Virus record (IMG/VR): IMGVR_UViG_3300036770_008730
Source of the DNA: a virus
Lineage: Duplodnaviria; Caudoviricetes
Direction: 5' to 3' (one strand)
Length of the DNA stretch: 64,000 nt
Shown here piece after piece: positions 30,910-40,275 of this stretch (its first letter is position 1; each line of letters starts with the position of its first letter). The notes below the pieces were generated by a model. It worked only from the letters and a program-made list of their open reading frames with translations. It had not been told where the DNA came from and searched no databases. Both the position numbers and the translations under genes were made by a program.

Positions 30910-31821
30910 ATGGAACAACAAGTAGAAGTAGTATTAAGTGGTAGAATTCCAAAATATATGTTTGGAGTTTTACAAGAAAAATATAGAGATGAAGTAAAAA
31001 AAGGATTAGAACTTTGTAAAAATGATGAAATTGAAACTCCAAGTCAATTTTTAAGTTTAATCTTTGGAATTACACTAGAAGGATTTAGAGATCCAAAAGA
31101 GGAATTATTCGAATCAATTTCAAAAGAAGATTTAGAAAAATTACCAAATCTTAACGAACTAGTAAATGATTTTATAGAAAACGGTGGATCTCATTTTGAG
31201 ATGTTAGATTGTCTTTTAGACTATCCAGAAGAAGGATATGGATATAGTCAAGCTTGCGTATCAATTATCGAAGATGATGCAACCTTATCAATCTATGTTG
31301 ATGATAAACCTATGATTAAGGATGTTAAATTAAAAGAATTTGCTAATTGTGAATTATTGGGAAATGCAGAAGATGATAAAGAAACAGATGAGTTCAAAAG
31401 AGTTAAATCACTTATAGAATCATCAAATGCTCAATTTGTATTTTCTGATCCTGATGAAGGTGGTCCGAGTTGGGGTATAAATAAACATGGAGCTATGTTC
31501 TTAAATGATTGGATTTCATTCACAAACTGGGAAGAGTTTTGTGATGCTAATGAGAGAGAACATTTTGTTACAATATATTTTGATGATATCACAACTTGGT
31601 CTTTTTATTTTGAAACCGAGAATTTTGATATTAAAGATTTGACTTTTGTTAATCACAACAATACTGAAGAATTTAGAAATAGTAGATATATTGTTTTTAG
31701 TTATCTTTTCTATAAAAATGAACAGATTGAACCATCTGAAAATTGGTTTAGAGATAAAGGAATCAATCTTAACTATGGTGATAATCGATTAGAAGATTTA
31801 AACTTTTTCTTATACGCATAA
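30910..31821 (+). CDS. Acidic hypothetical protein
   Basis: 303 aa, no recognised motif. Confidence 0.65.
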   Translation: MEQQVEVVLSGRIPKYMFGVLQEKYRDEVKKGLELCKNDEIETPSQFLSLIFGITLEGFRDPKEELFESISKEDLEKLPNLNELVNDFIENGGSHFEMLDCLLDYPEEGYGYSQACVSIIEDDATLSIYVDDKPMIKDVKLKEFANCELLGNAEDDKETDEFKRVKSLIESSNAQFVFSDPDEGGPSWGINKHGAMFLNDWISFTNWEEFCDANEREHFVTIYFDDITTWSFYFETENFDIKDLTFVNHNNTEEFRNSRYIVFSYLFYKNEQIEPSENWFRDKGINLNYGDNRLEDLNFFLYA

Positions 31822-31848
31822 AAAAAGAGGTCAGAAGACCTCTTTTTT
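31821..31848. terminator. Bidirectional intrinsic terminator
   Basis: Perfect AAAAAAGAGGTC-AGAA-GACCTCTTTTTT between convergent genes. Confidence 0.9.
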
Positions 31849-31852
31849 ATTT

Positions 31853-32578
31853 TTAGTAATTCATAATAATATATTCAGTTCCCATTAAAGTCATTTTTTT
31901 ATCAAATCTACAATTAGGATATAATTCTTCTAATCCGTCAAAGTTATAGTAACTAAGAATAAATTTTCCTTTTATTTTAATAAGTTTATCAGCTAATTCT
32001 TTATGAGTATTTTCGGTAAAGTCGTGATTGATATAGTATTTTTCTTTACCCATATAAGGTGGATCTAAATAGAAGAATGTTGATTCCGAATCATACATTT
32101 CTATGATTTGATTGTAATCTAAATTATGTATGCTGTTAATTCTATCTAAGTGAAATTTATAAGCCTTATACTTTAATTTGAAAATTTCGAACTCATTAGA
32201 ATTTCTCCAAGAATCTTTTCCAACCTCATAAGGAGATCCACAGGTTAATATAATTAACCAATAAAGAGCTAAGAGACTTTGATCATTTTCAATAAATATC
32301 TTTTTAAGAGAATTATCATAAATCTTTTTATCCACTTTTGTTTTTTTAACTAACTCAATAAATGATGAGTCATTTTTCATCTTATCGAATAAAAGATAGT
32401 TTAAGTAATTTTTATCATTATAAATAAATTTTACTTCTTTGTATTTACTAAAATCTAAAGAAAAAAAAACACCAAACATTCCACCGAAAGGTTCCACATA
32501 AGTGGAAATTTCTTTAGGAATGTTTGGTGTTATAAAATGAGATAATTTTTCTTTATTTCCTAGGTAAGGTATTAACAT
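31853..32578 (-). CDS. dam: Dam-like (D12 class) N6-adenine DNA methyltransferase, orphan
   Basis: PYLGNK, YVEPFGG, YLDPPY, GKFILSY; no cognate restriction endonuclease nearby. Confidence 0.88.
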   Translation of the reverse strand: MLIPYLGNKEKLSHFITPNIPKEISTYVEPFGGMFGVFFSLDFSKYKEVKFIYNDKNYLNYLLFDKMKNDSSFIELVKKTKVDKKIYDNSLKKIFIENDQSLLALYWLIILTCGSPYEVGKDSWRNSNEFEIFKLKYKAYKFHLDRINSIHNLDYNQIIEMYDSESTFFYLDPPYMGKEKYYINHDFTENTHKELADKLIKIKGKFILSYYNFDGLEELYPNCRFDKKMTLMGTEYIIMNY

Positions 32579-32816
32579 TTTTTTTAGTAGTTTCTTTAAT
32601 TTCCTTATGAATCTTTTTGAAAATATCTTTTACTTGAGCAAATTTCATTTTACCACTAATTGCATCTACATAAGCAGATTCCAATTTTGTGATATTAGAT
32701 TTTAATGTTTCTGTAGAATCAACTTTAGTTTCAGCTTTTTCAGTTGTCTTTTTTGTTTCAGGTTTAACTTTCTTTGTAGTTGCCTTTACTGCCGGTTTTT
32801 TTGTTTTCTTTTCCAT
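32553..32816 (-). CDS. Small Lys-rich protein (possible DNA/RNA binder)
   Basis: N-terminus MEKKTKKPAVKATTKKVKPETKK. Confidence 0.55.
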   Translation of the reverse strand: MEKKTKKPAVKATTKKVKPETKKTTEKAETKVDSTETLKSNITKLESAYVDAISGKMKFAQVKDIFKKIHKEIKETTKKNVNTLPRK

Positions 32817-32828
32817 TTTAAATTGTTA

Positions 32829-33941
32829 TTATTTTTTTTTGAACTCTTTTTTATCATTAGAAATATATAAATTGTCAAAGTTATAATACTTATCAAATAT
32901 TTCTCTAATTTTTTTTGGTTTTACTTCATCTAAGATTTCATAAACTGACCAATCTTTTGGATTAATCCATTGATTAACATTTTTATATCTTAAGATTTCT
33001 TCTTTTTGTTTTCTTACACCATAATATTCCTTTACTATATTAAACCTATCTTTAGTTAAGTATTTACCTGGATTATCTAAAACTATTTTAATTGAATCAA
33101 CAACAGCATTAAAGTTTTTATTTGAAGTTTGTGTTGATATAGTATTGATACCTTGATTATTTAGTCTTGATTGGTAACAGTGAACATAATATACCAATCC
33201 TCTTTTCTCACGAATCTCCTGATAAAGAGGTGATTTCAATCCTAAAGAAAGCATTGCATTTATAAAATGAATATAAGCAAAGTCTTCATTAATTACCGGT
33301 GAAAGAATTGAAATAGAGGTCTTATCTTTGAAATCATTATTTAACTCTAATGGAACTTTATGGTCACCATAGGTAGTGTCTTTAACGATTATTCTGTCAG
33401 TAAAATCTAAAGTATTGTTTTTATACTTTTTGTTTTTACTAACATTAATTACTTTAGTAGGTTTTGAATATTGAAGTTCAAAGTAGTTCAAACAATCCAT
33501 AAATTTAAGATTTACTAAATCCTCTTTTAAACCAATAGGATCATAATCGTTAAATAATTTTCTCGAAAGATTTAACATATGTGATTGAGATTGGTCATTA
33601 AAGCAATCCATATATTCTTCTAATACGATGTTTCTTTCATTTTCAAACTGTTCTTTAGTAACATTGAACTGACCAAGTAAGTCCATAAACTCACCTTTCC
33701 ACTTATTTACTTTTTCATCTAATCCTGTTAGATAAAACACTATTTCATTTGATGAAGTGTAGGCATTCCATTCGATACCATCTTTATCAAAATCTTCTTG
33801 AAGATGGTCAAAGTTTTTGCACATAAGATGCTCCATTAAGTGTGATATACCATACCACCCTTTTTTCTCTAAATTAGTCGAGCCTTCATAAACTATGTAA
33901 AAGCCAGATAAGTCTGTTTGAGATTTTAAATTAATGATCAT
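32829..33941 (-). CDS. M16 family (insulinase-like) zinc peptidase
   Basis: GISHLMEHL (HxxEH), NAYTS, ERNIVLEE, LYQEIREKRGLVY. Confidence 0.9.
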   Translation of the reverse strand: MIINLKSQTDLSGFYIVYEGSTNLEKKGWYGISHLMEHLMCKNFDHLQEDFDKDGIEWNAYTSSNEIVFYLTGLDEKVNKWKGEFMDLLGQFNVTKEQFENERNIVLEEYMDCFNDQSQSHMLNLSRKLFNDYDPIGLKEDLVNLKFMDCLNYFELQYSKPTKVINVSKNKKYKNNTLDFTDRIIVKDTTYGDHKVPLELNNDFKDKTSISILSPVINEDFAYIHFINAMLSLGLKSPLYQEIREKRGLVYYVHCYQSRLNNQGINTISTQTSNKNFNAVVDSIKIVLDNPGKYLTKDRFNIVKEYYGVRKQKEEILRYKNVNQWINPKDWSVYEILDEVKPKKIREIFDKYYNFDNLYISNDKKEFKKK

Positions 33942-33990
33942 TGTTGAATAAATAGTTTATTACTATTTATATAATTTTAAAATGTTAAGT

Positions 33991-34920
33991 TTATAAAACT
34001 TCATCTAATAAGATAATTTCATTACCGGTATCTTTAAATTTAAGTTTCACACCATTATCAGATAATGATTTTGCAATCTTTGCTATTAAATCTTCTCTGT
34101 TCATTTCTGTAAAATAAATTTGTCCAACATCTGAATTATGAATCTCCTCTAATAGGTCATTTACACTTATTATCAATCTGTCAAAGTCTACCATGAAGAA
34201 ATTTTCCATATCAATTCCTTCAAAGTCAATATCTTCGATGATTTTACTTTTTAAACTATTCAAACTTCTTTCAACAAAATCTTCTCTTAAAACACCAGCT
34301 TGTTTTAACATAAGCTCTCCGTACTTAGTATGATGATAACCATAAGAGTATCTGATTAGAACCTCTTCATCATCTGTAACATATTCACACCAACCACCTC
34401 CACCTAATTCCACAATGTTAGGATCGTGACCTAGCTTTTCAGCTAATTTGTAAAGATAAATATCAACTAATCCATTTTGATTATCTAGTCCATAGGAGTT
34501 TATGAAATCCTGGAATTGTTGAAATGTTAAAGCATTGATTTCTTGTGAAAATAAATTTTGTATAGATTGCATATTCCAACCACAATCCTCTTCAATTTCT
34601 TTTTGAATTAGTTCAAAATCTTTATCTGGATCATCTTTCTTTTTACAAAGATCGGAATAAGACCTTCCCATTGCACAATTTTTTATTGACTCAGCAAAAT
34701 CTTCTCTCAAATAACTTAACCAGTCTTGATGATTAGTAGTAATTTGTTCATAATTATCACCTTCGAATTTTCCAATATATTTGACCGCTGATATATTGTT
34801 CGATGAATAGTTTAAAATCAATCCCCAGTGAGTGCCCGATGTTGCTAAAAAATCATCAACTGAATTGTAGTTGAATTGATTATTCTCTTTCAGAAATTGG
34901 TTGTATCTGTTTAATTTCAT
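33991..34920 (-). CDS. Acidic hypothetical protein with capsid-targeting-like leader
   Basis: 309 aa, starts MKLNRYNQFLKENN. Confidence 0.6.
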   Translation of the reverse strand: MKLNRYNQFLKENNQFNYNSVDDFLATSGTHWGLILNYSSNNISAVKYIGKFEGDNYEQITTNHQDWLSYLREDFAESIKNCAMGRSYSDLCKKKDDPDKDFELIQKEIEEDCGWNMQSIQNLFSQEINALTFQQFQDFINSYGLDNQNGLVDIYLYKLAEKLGHDPNIVELGGGGWCEYVTDDEEVLIRYSYGYHHTKYGELMLKQAGVLREDFVERSLNSLKSKIIEDIDFEGIDMENFFMVDFDRLIISVNDLLEEIHNSDVGQIYFTEMNREDLIAKIAKSLSDNGVKLKFKDTGNEIILLDEVL

Positions 34921-35044
34921 TTGTTAACTTTTCTTTTTCTTCTTCTTCGGAATCAATGAAAATTATTTGTTCATTTTTATCAAGAAAATCCTCATCAATA
35001 TATCCTATATCGCTGTCATTAAAATAGGGAAATCTTAGTTTCAT
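34880..35044 (-). CDS. 54-aa acidic micro-ORF
   Basis: Manual translation MKLRFPYFNDSDIGYIDEDFLDKNEQIIFIDSEEEEKEKLTNEIKQIQPISERE*; TAATATATA at 35066-35074 upstream; overlaps the next gene by 41 nt. Confidence 0.5.
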   Translation of the reverse strand: MKLRFPYFNDSDIGYIDEDFLDKNEQIIFIDSEEEEKEKLTNEIKQIQPISERE

Positions 35045-35065
35045 AAAAATATAAAAGGTTTTAAG

Positions 35066-35074
35066 TATATATTA
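35066..35074 (-). promoter_or_regulatory. Putative phage late promoter TAATATATA (minus strand)
   Basis: Exact motif 21 nt upstream of the ATG at 35044. Confidence 0.5.
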
Positions 35075-35075
35075 T

Positions 35076-36041
35076 TTAATACTTTCTATTTTTTAGATGT
35101 TTTAGGAAATCAAAAGAATCATCAAATTTATTTTTCAACAAATCTTCGATAGATTCTACTTTTGTTAATTCTGATAAAAATCTTTCTTTTTCAAAGATAT
35201 GCTCAGCAGCATCTTTTGCAAATTGACTTAAATAGATATTACATTTAATTTTATATTCTTCAAAAAAATGTTTCAAAATAGCCGATGTTCTAAGACCCAC
35301 TTGGTCATTATCAGAAAATATATTTATAACCGATGGCCTTTTTTTAAGTAATTTATAAAGTTGTATTCCTGTCCACATTGCAGAAGAACAACTAACTGTT
35401 TTTTTATTCATCTTTATCATGGCCATCATATCAAACAAACCTTCTGTCATCCATATTTCATCTCCCTCACTGATGTTATTCAATCCCCAGACCGGAATAT
35501 CAGGACATGCTAAGCTATATTTAAGTGATTTTGATGAGTTGATTTTTCTAACCGAGCAGTTTATTAACAGCCCATCTTCAAAAAGAGGTATGATTATACC
35601 CCCACTTTCAATACCATCATCTAAAACTTTATTAAGAATTGGATGACAAGTAGCTCCTATTATTTCTAAGTGTTTTTTATCTTTTATAGATGATAGACCA
35701 AGTATTGACCATTTTAAGATTGTTTCATCTCCAATTCCCCTATTAGTGAGAAATTCATATTCTTTCTCATTAAAGTTTCCAACATTATCCCTTATTAACT
35801 TGGTAAGAGATTGTAAGTCTTGTTTTGTAACAATGATGTCTTTTACTTTTAAGTTGAGTTCTTTCTTTTTAACTTCAACCATTCTTTTATCATTATTGAA
35901 GTTATTTCTACACTTTTCTAAAATTGATTCAACATCATTAAGTATGTTTGGATTTATTGAATTATCAATAAAGTTAGCTACGACTCCTTTTACAGATCTG
36001 TTATTGTAAAGAATAAAAGCTAATTCTTCATTAGTCCACAT
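35076..36041 (-). CDS. TOPRIM-domain DNA primase-like protein
   Basis: EFLTNRGI, IIIPLFEDG, IWMTEGLFDMMAM, FSDNDQVG; no N-terminal Zn finger. Confidence 0.8.
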   Translation of the reverse strand: MWTNEELAFILYNNRSVKGVVANFIDNSINPNILNDVESILEKCRNNFNNDKRMVEVKKKELNLKVKDIIVTKQDLQSLTKLIRDNVGNFNEKEYEFLTNRGIGDETILKWSILGLSSIKDKKHLEIIGATCHPILNKVLDDGIESGGIIIPLFEDGLLINCSVRKINSSKSLKYSLACPDIPVWGLNNISEGDEIWMTEGLFDMMAMIKMNKKTVSCSSAMWTGIQLYKLLKKRPSVINIFSDNDQVGLRTSAILKHFFEEYKIKCNIYLSQFAKDAAEHIFEKERFLSELTKVESIEDLLKNKFDDSFDFLKHLKNRKY

Positions 36042-36580
36042 TAGTTATATGCTTGAAGCTTTATTATATAGTTATAACCCAATACCTCTTCAAATCCATA
36101 TTCTTTTATTGTTGAGATATATTCGTTTTCAATTATATTCACTATATCCTCAAAGGTTAGATTTTCTTCTTCAAAATTTTCTACTTCTTCTGTCTCTATA
36201 TCATATACCGATAACATAGCATCATAATTTGTATCATTAACTCTGATAGATAAAATTATCATATAATTTTCATCTGCTAGAATGAAAGCGTGATATTTAT
36301 GTTCCTCATCATATCTAACCATGATATTAAAATTCTCAGTTTCAATAATACCATTTGGTTCTTTATCCGCCTGAATAAATACTGAAATAAATGGATATTT
36401 ATAATTGACTATTTTCAAAAGAAGAGTTTCAATTGTTTTTTTATCTGGTGTGTAATCAACCTTATTATATTTACTGTAATTTTTACTTAAATAGTCAATT
36501 TCAGCTGATGGATCTGTTGAAAAAACTAAGTCTTTGATTTCTTCACTATCAAACAACTCATTAAACTTTTTTATCTTCAT
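36041..36580 (-). CDS. Acidic hypothetical protein with leader MKIKKFNE
   Basis: 179 aa; AAATATATAC motif upstream on the minus strand. Confidence 0.6.
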   Translation of the reverse strand: MKIKKFNELFDSEEIKDLVFSTDPSAEIDYLSKNYSKYNKVDYTPDKKTIETLLLKIVNYKYPFISVFIQADKEPNGIIETENFNIMVRYDEEHKYHAFILADENYMIILSIRVNDTNYDAMLSVYDIETEEVENFEEENLTFEDIVNIIENEYISTIKEYGFEEVLGYNYIIKLQAYN

Positions 36581-36582
36581 AC

Positions 36583-36613
36583 TTGTTTTTTTTATTTATT
36601 ATGTATATATTTG
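36583..36613 (+). promoter_or_regulatory. Bacteroidota sigma70-type promoter (TTG-N20-TATATTTG)
   Basis: TTG 36583-85, TAnnTTTG 36606-13, ATG at 36631. Confidence 0.65.
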
Positions 36614-36630
36614 TATTCTAAAATAGAATT

Positions 36631-37215
36631 ATGTTAAAAGTAGCACTAACAGGTAATCGTTTTTCTGGTAAGAATAGAGTTTCTAAATTATTTAATTCTA
36701 TTAGTATTCCAGTTTTTGACGCTGATACTTGTATAAAATACTTAATTTGTCACAATTTCGAATTTTCTACTAAAGTCAAACAAAAAATGGTAAACTTCTT
36801 TAATGATGATAATAAAATCGACCCAGGAAGAGTTAATACCTCAGCACTTGACCATTGTATAGATATAATTGAGCCCGAAATATTCAGACTTTATGAAAAA
36901 TATTGTGAAAAAAATAGTCATTCAGTTTATGTAATTTTCAAATCTTCAATTATCTTTGAAAGAGGTTGGAATAAAAAGTTTGACTATACGATAAATGTAT
37001 TTGCTCCGGTTCACTATAGGATTGAAAGATGTCATAAAATAGATAAAACTGATTACGAAGATATCTATGAATTTGCAAATGGTGAAATCTTAGATGAAAA
37101 AAAGAATATGAGTTCTGATTTTGTTGTACATAGCTATGATGGTGCTCCTGATATAATAAAATCTATAAACGAAATTGATACAAAAATTATTGACCACTAT
37201 TTAAATAAAAATTAA
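36631..37215 (+). CDS. coaE: Dephospho-CoA kinase-like protein
   Basis: KVALTGNRFSGK, IPVFDAD, IFERGW...FDYTINVFAP...RIERC. Confidence 0.8.
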   Translation: MLKVALTGNRFSGKNRVSKLFNSISIPVFDADTCIKYLICHNFEFSTKVKQKMVNFFNDDNKIDPGRVNTSALDHCIDIIEPEIFRLYEKYCEKNSHSVYVIFKSSIIFERGWNKKFDYTINVFAPVHYRIERCHKIDKTDYEDIYEFANGEILDEKKNMSSDFVVHSYDGAPDIIKSINEIDTKIIDHYLNKN

Positions 37216-37216
37216 T

Positions 37217-37936
37217 ATGATTGTAGTTTGTAAAAAAGCAACAAAAAAACTTGTAAAGGGATTAAGATATGAAGTTCAAAATCTTTGGAATGATGGAGGA
37301 AATCAACGATGGTTAGAATCAAAGATTGAAATAAAAGGAATTGGTCGTTATTCGGTTGATAACTTTACTGATACAGATGGTAAATCTTTGCCTAAAATTA
37401 ATTTTTTAACTCCAAGACCTGTCTACAGAACATTAACTTTTGAAGAATTAAAAGAGGGTGATATCTTAGTTTGCACATGTGATTCTTACAAAACTTTAGC
37501 AAAAGACTCTATGTATAGAATTAGTAAACTCATAACAAAATCAACAGATTATAGAGGTTATAATGGAACTATTCATCAAAGGGTTGATAAGAATGTTCAA
37601 TTTGAAGGGATAAAAAGAGCTATCAAATTCTCTAGTTGGAAATTTAGAAAACTTAGTTCAGAGGAATCTCGTGAAATACAATTATCTTCTATTTTGAATG
37701 GTGAGAAGCCACCAGTTATTATTACATCATCTGCAAGAAAAATTGATTTAGTTACAAACAAAGATCGAGTTTTAATGAACTTACTAGCTAAATCAATTTT
37801 GGACTCAAATAGACATCATCTTTCGATATTAGAATGGGCTATTCAAAAAGTAGGTAATAACTATTCAATAACAGAAGAAGATTATAAATCTTTACTCAAT
37901 CTTTCACTGAAGGAAGTTTTGGAAAAACTGAAATAA
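37217..37936 (+). CDS. Hypothetical protein
   Basis: 239 aa, contains REIQLSSIL. Confidence 0.6.
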   Translation: MIVVCKKATKKLVKGLRYEVQNLWNDGGNQRWLESKIEIKGIGRYSVDNFTDTDGKSLPKINFLTPRPVYRTLTFEELKEGDILVCTCDSYKTLAKDSMYRISKLITKSTDYRGYNGTIHQRVDKNVQFEGIKRAIKFSSWKFRKLSSEESREIQLSSILNGEKPPVIITSSARKIDLVTNKDRVLMNLLAKSILDSNRHHLSILEWAIQKVGNNYSITEEDYKSLLNLSLKEVLEKLK

Positions 37937-37949
37937 TTCCTTATCTTTG
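37918..37949 (+). promoter_or_regulatory. Bacteroidota sigma70-type promoter (TTTG-N20-TATCTTTG)
   Basis: TTTG 37918-21, TAnnTTTG 37942-49, ATG 4 nt later. Confidence 0.7.
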
Positions 37950-37953
37950 TCTT

Positions 37954-38694
37954 ATGTATAATAAGATATATGATTTCTGCAAAGTCCGTAATTTTGGCAA
38001 TGTCTATAAAAACGGCGATATTCCCACTCCACGTGTAGAGTTTTTACTTAATCTTCTTACTAAAGAAGGTATTGATTTTGAATTAGATAAATTCCCAATC
38101 AACGAGACTTTTGGATATAATATTATCCTCAAAGGAACATCATCTAGAATGGTAGTTGCTCATCATGATATTGTTAATCCAAACATAGATAACGCAAACG
38201 ATAATTCGGCTTCGGTTATCAATGCAATCGCACTGAAGAAGTTACTTCCTGAAATCACCGTTGTTTTACTTGATGGTGAAGAGTTGGGTGGATTAGGTTC
38301 TCAGAGATTATCAGATAGAATAAATGATAGTGATTTTGGACAGATTGATTGGGTTCTCAATTTAGAACTTACTGGTCGAGGCGGTAAACATTTTTTCATT
38401 GGTGATTATCCTGGTAAGCTCACTGACCATATCAAATCAGTCTTTGACTGTCCTATAACTTCAACACCATACAATGATTCCGTAACTTTTAGAAGAAATG
38501 GTATTGACTCTGTTGTTATTAATCCTTTGCCACCTTTGAATGAAGGAACATCGAAAGTAAAATGGAATGATACTACTTACTTAGATTATTCTATGTTATA
38601 TAACTGTCATTCACAAAAAGATAGTATAGATACTATAAGTGTTGATGATATGAAAGAGTTTGTTGAAGATGTTTTACTTAAAATATTAAAATAA
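37954..38694 (+). CDS. M28 family metallopeptidase
   Basis: VVAHHD, ANDNSAS, DGEELG, LNLEL, HSQKD. Confidence 0.85.
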   Translation: MYNKIYDFCKVRNFGNVYKNGDIPTPRVEFLLNLLTKEGIDFELDKFPINETFGYNIILKGTSSRMVVAHHDIVNPNIDNANDNSASVINAIALKKLLPEITVVLLDGEELGGLGSQRLSDRINDSDFGQIDWVLNLELTGRGGKHFFIGDYPGKLTDHIKSVFDCPITSTPYNDSVTFRRNGIDSVVINPLPPLNEGTSKVKWNDTTYLDYSMLYNCHSQKDSIDTISVDDMKEFVEDVLLKILK

Positions 38695-38695
38695 A

Positions 38696-38728
38696 AAACC
38701 CTCAGATTTCTCTGAGGGTTTCTTTTTT
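38696..38728. terminator. Intrinsic terminator between convergent genes
   Basis: AAACCCTCAGA-TTTC-TCTGAGGGTTT with flanking A and T runs. Confidence 0.88.
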
Positions 38729-39806
38729 ATGCCAATGTTAAGAAAATCTTTCTGTTTCCTCTATCAACTGATAAAACCTTAGTTTTAATTTGTTGACCGG
38801 ATTGAAACTTTTTACCAAGTTTCTCCATTTCAGAAGTGTGAATTAATCCGATTGTTTCATCGTCTAATTTCACAAGTGTTCCAAACTGTTTAACATCTTT
38901 TACAACACCATCTAATGTTTGACCATTTTTAATGGTGTCCCAAAGAGTTTCTCTTAAGATTTGAGTAAGGATAATTTTATCCTTAATAATCTCTTTTACA
39001 TAGAATTCGATTCCAAATCCTGGTTTAATGTCACCAAGTTTATCTTGCCAATCAGGGTCGATATTTGCTTTGTGAATCATTCCAGTTAAACAATCGTTGA
39101 ATTCCACGAATACTCCAAAAGGAGTTGTTCCAGTTACAAAGCCACGGTATACATAGTTGTATTCTAATTCTTTAATTGCCGCTGGAATTAAAGATTGTAG
39201 ATACTTTCTACGACTTACAATGTAAGTTCCTTCTTGGTCAGAGAACGATTCGATCATTACTTCGAATGTTTGACCTACGATAGAATTAACATCGTAAAGT
39301 TTGTTAATACCGGCCAATGTGTTTGGCATAAATGCTGGTAGTGTTACACCACCGTGAGAAATTTCAACATCATAACCTGCTGGGTTAACAGATTTAATGA
39401 ATGCTGTTACTGATTGTCCTTCTTCTAAGGATTTCAGATTCTCGTGAGCTCTTGTTTCGTAAAGAGCTGCGATGCTACCTCTGATAAAATAATTATCATG
39501 GTTTACATCAACGATCAAAACATCGATAAAGTCATTAATTTGACTATTTTTAAGATACTTTGATTCAGATAACCTATCGTCAATTCTTACACAATCTTTA
39601 TATCCAGGTACGCTAAAAAGATAATGTCCTGAAAGTTGTCCGCAATATCTTGCTGATACTACTTCACCTTTGACAGGGGATTTGATGACTTCAAGGTCAT
39701 ACAATTTAAGAAGGTCCATGTCTAGTTTTTTAGTTAGACCTTTTTTTCCTACAGCTTCATCAAAGATAGAAGCTAATTCGGGGTTTCCGATTACTGTGTT
39801 TGTCAT
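38727..39806 (-). CDS. rpsA: Ribosomal protein S1-like multi-S1-domain protein
   Basis: About four S1/OB repeats, e.g. GFVTGTTPFGVFVEF...GMIHK and GVVKDVKQFGTLVKL...GLIHTSEM...KVLSVDRGNRKIFLT; 359 aa, shorter than host bS1. Confidence 0.8.
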   Translation of the reverse strand: MTNTVIGNPELASIFDEAVGKKGLTKKLDMDLLKLYDLEVIKSPVKGEVVSARYCGQLSGHYLFSVPGYKDCVRIDDRLSESKYLKNSQINDFIDVLIVDVNHDNYFIRGSIAALYETRAHENLKSLEEGQSVTAFIKSVNPAGYDVEISHGGVTLPAFMPNTLAGINKLYDVNSIVGQTFEVMIESFSDQEGTYIVSRRKYLQSLIPAAIKELEYNYVYRGFVTGTTPFGVFVEFNDCLTGMIHKANIDPDWQDKLGDIKPGFGIEFYVKEIIKDKIILTQILRETLWDTIKNGQTLDGVVKDVKQFGTLVKLDDETIGLIHTSEMEKLGKKFQSGQQIKTKVLSVDRGNRKIFLTLA

Positions 39807-39864
39807 ATTTATTTTTTGTGAGTTACAATTGTTTTATGTTTAAGAAACTAAAAGTTTACAAAAT

Positions 39865-40245
39865 TTAAAGTTTTTTTATTCCCTTTCTTGCCATGTAGTC
39901 TCTTATTCGAGCAGCGTCTTCATATTGCTCATTTTTGATACACTCGTTCAATTTATTATTAAGATGCTCAGTAACTTCTTCAATAGATTTAGATTTTAAA
40001 TCTGTTTCTAAAAAGGAGTTATAGTATTCTTTCATTTTATTTATGTTAGGTAGATATACCGGTAATAATTTAGAATTTTCTTCTTGAGTGATTTCTTTTA
40101 ATTTATCACTTTCTTCTATTTTTTTCAAAAATTCTGTTGTTAATGCTTGATTATCAATAAGATATTTAGCTAAATGATATGGTCTATTTTTGAACATCCT
40201 CAAAAGAAGATTCAAACTTTTATAGATTCTTTCATCTTTACTCAT
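39865..40245 (-). CDS. Protein with C-terminal UVR (UvrB/UvrC) helix
   Basis: LNNKLNECIKNEQYEDAARIRD. Confidence 0.7.
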   Translation of the reverse strand: MSKDERIYKSLNLLLRMFKNRPYHLAKYLIDNQALTTEFLKKIEESDKLKEITQEENSKLLPVYLPNINKMKEYYNSFLETDLKSKSIEEVTEHLNNKLNECIKNEQYEDAARIRDYMARKGIKKL

Positions 40246-40275
40246 ATAGTTTTTATGAATTGTGATTAATAAGTT

